NCBI RefSeq assembly: GCF_964204645.1
Contig: NC_134032.1
Span: forward strand, 3,992,175-4,056,174
Reading direction: 5' to 3'
DNA: 64,000 bases
From: Tubulanus polymorphus
Lineage: Eukaryota > Animalia > Nemertea
Shown here: in pieces, positions 62,820-64,000 of the stretch
How the letters are laid out: each line of letters begins with the position of its first letter
How positions within the stretch are numbered: position 1 is the first letter of the stretch
Made by a program: the position numbers and the translations under genes
The notes under the pieces: model-generated
The model's database searches: none
Told to the model about the DNA's origin: nothing
Seen by the model: only the letters and a program-made list of their open reading frames with translations

Positions 62820-63410
62820 TCAAAAGTGGCGCATGCGCAATAATAAAAATTAAAATCCCGAAATAAATAGAATAGACCGCCAGGTAGCGACTCCTGGCGT
62901 TACAATTGTAGTTACGTGTTCTCGAACGTAGGAGAGATCGTCTGAAGCATCAACGATGAAAACTATAATACGGAAAATATTTGAGAATAACTTTCATTCA
63001 AGTGCAATTTCTTATCTATGAATTATATAATTGATCATAATTTATTCTTAATTAAGTTATTGATTTCATATGAATCATAATCTGACAATGAATATCGGTC
63101 TGTGAATATGTTGACTTTTCATGTTGAAGTTTTAAACTCGATGACGTCATCGGGATGTCACGTGACTGTCCCAACTTTCCTGCTGAAAATTTAAGTACAG
63201 CGGAGGTCTGGCATTTCATCCCTTGTGATCTTATATAGTAAAGCGTGACGACCGTCTGATACTGACCCTTATCAGCCAATTGTTTATCGGAACTTAATAG
63301 CGGATAAATAAACAACATTAACACAAGGTATTTCTGTGATATTTTGAATTTATTTGCAGTTCATATTTAGCGCCATTCTCGCGAGATTATCAACAACCCG
63401 GAAGTAAAAT
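62820..63410. promoter_or_regulatory. Possible promoter region
   Basis: Clustered GCGCATGCGC (NRF1-like, about 62829), TCTCGCGAGA (about 63377), CCGGAAGT (ETS-like, about 63398) and CGCCAT (YY1-like). No gene could be assigned. Confidence 0.3.
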
Positions 63411-64000
63411 CCAAGCAACTACGTAGAAAACACGATCCAAGCCCATCGCCAAACCCCTGTGATGAGATGGTTATCACTCTTTACGACCAGCTAGATGTCC
63501 GCCTTGTTCACAAAGACCCTTGTCAAAACTTCGGTTAATTTTTAATTTAATAAATTTTCCAAAACATTGTTCGTGTAACTTGGCCCTGGTTGATCTGCAA
63601 AGATGGCTGTCAGTGATGTCAAGAAGACAAGCTTATCAAGTCAGTATGTTAATATCGACGTAGGTCGACGCCTTGCGACGTGATTCACTGCAGCCGTCCT
63701 ACGTACGTGCTCTTGCAACTGCCACGCGACCAAAACGCCTCTCCCAGTCACAACGTCCGCACTCATGCGACTGGGGGGGGGGGGGGGGTGGGGGGTGACA
63801 CGATTCCCCTCCCAGAAATACTGGGATTTGAACCCAAAATGGTAAAGAGTTTTAATACCATTTGTATGTGTACAACAATGTGATGCATTACAAGTTTAAA
63901 TTCCAGAAAAATGAATCGATATTTTCAAGTATAGTTTAATAACCGGATGGGATCACTCCCGAAATGAACAGGCACTTAAACGTCGAATCTTCGAAGTTTT

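Overview
Repeat-rich, AT-rich animal genomic DNA, probably from an invertebrate; it has spliceosomal introns and intronless class A GPCR genes. The first ~9.3 kb is the right-hand part of a GC-richer, gene-dense endogenous Polinton/Maverick-like virus. It carries a probable double-jelly-roll major capsid protein (MCP), an A32/FtsK-like packaging ATPase, small membrane proteins, a VLTF3-like gene and a minor capsid protein. It ends in a repeat-rich terminus with the Polinton-type end ...ACTACT at 9265. The main finding is a reverse transcriptase-RNase H1 gene (6642-8864, minus) inside this element. It has no endonuclease, 3'UTR or poly(A) and is packed tail-to-tail against the virion module, so it is a candidate RT-encoding DJR-capsid virus/transposon. 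Nearly every gene of the module has a (T/A)ATAG motif just upstream of its ATG. The second finding is a complete 5.9-kb P-superfamily DNA transposon (55627-61536; 33-bp TIRs, 7-bp TSD). Its transposase lacks the usual C-terminal domain, which seems to be encoded by a separate convergent spliced gene. The rest of the window holds a 1991-bp tandem duplication, older AT-rich Polinton-like relics, two GPCR genes, an opsin-like pseudogene, PAN-domain paralogs, Helentron-like repeats, MITEs, Penelope and CR1 fragments, and satellites. All family assignments come from motif recognition by eye; no searches were run.
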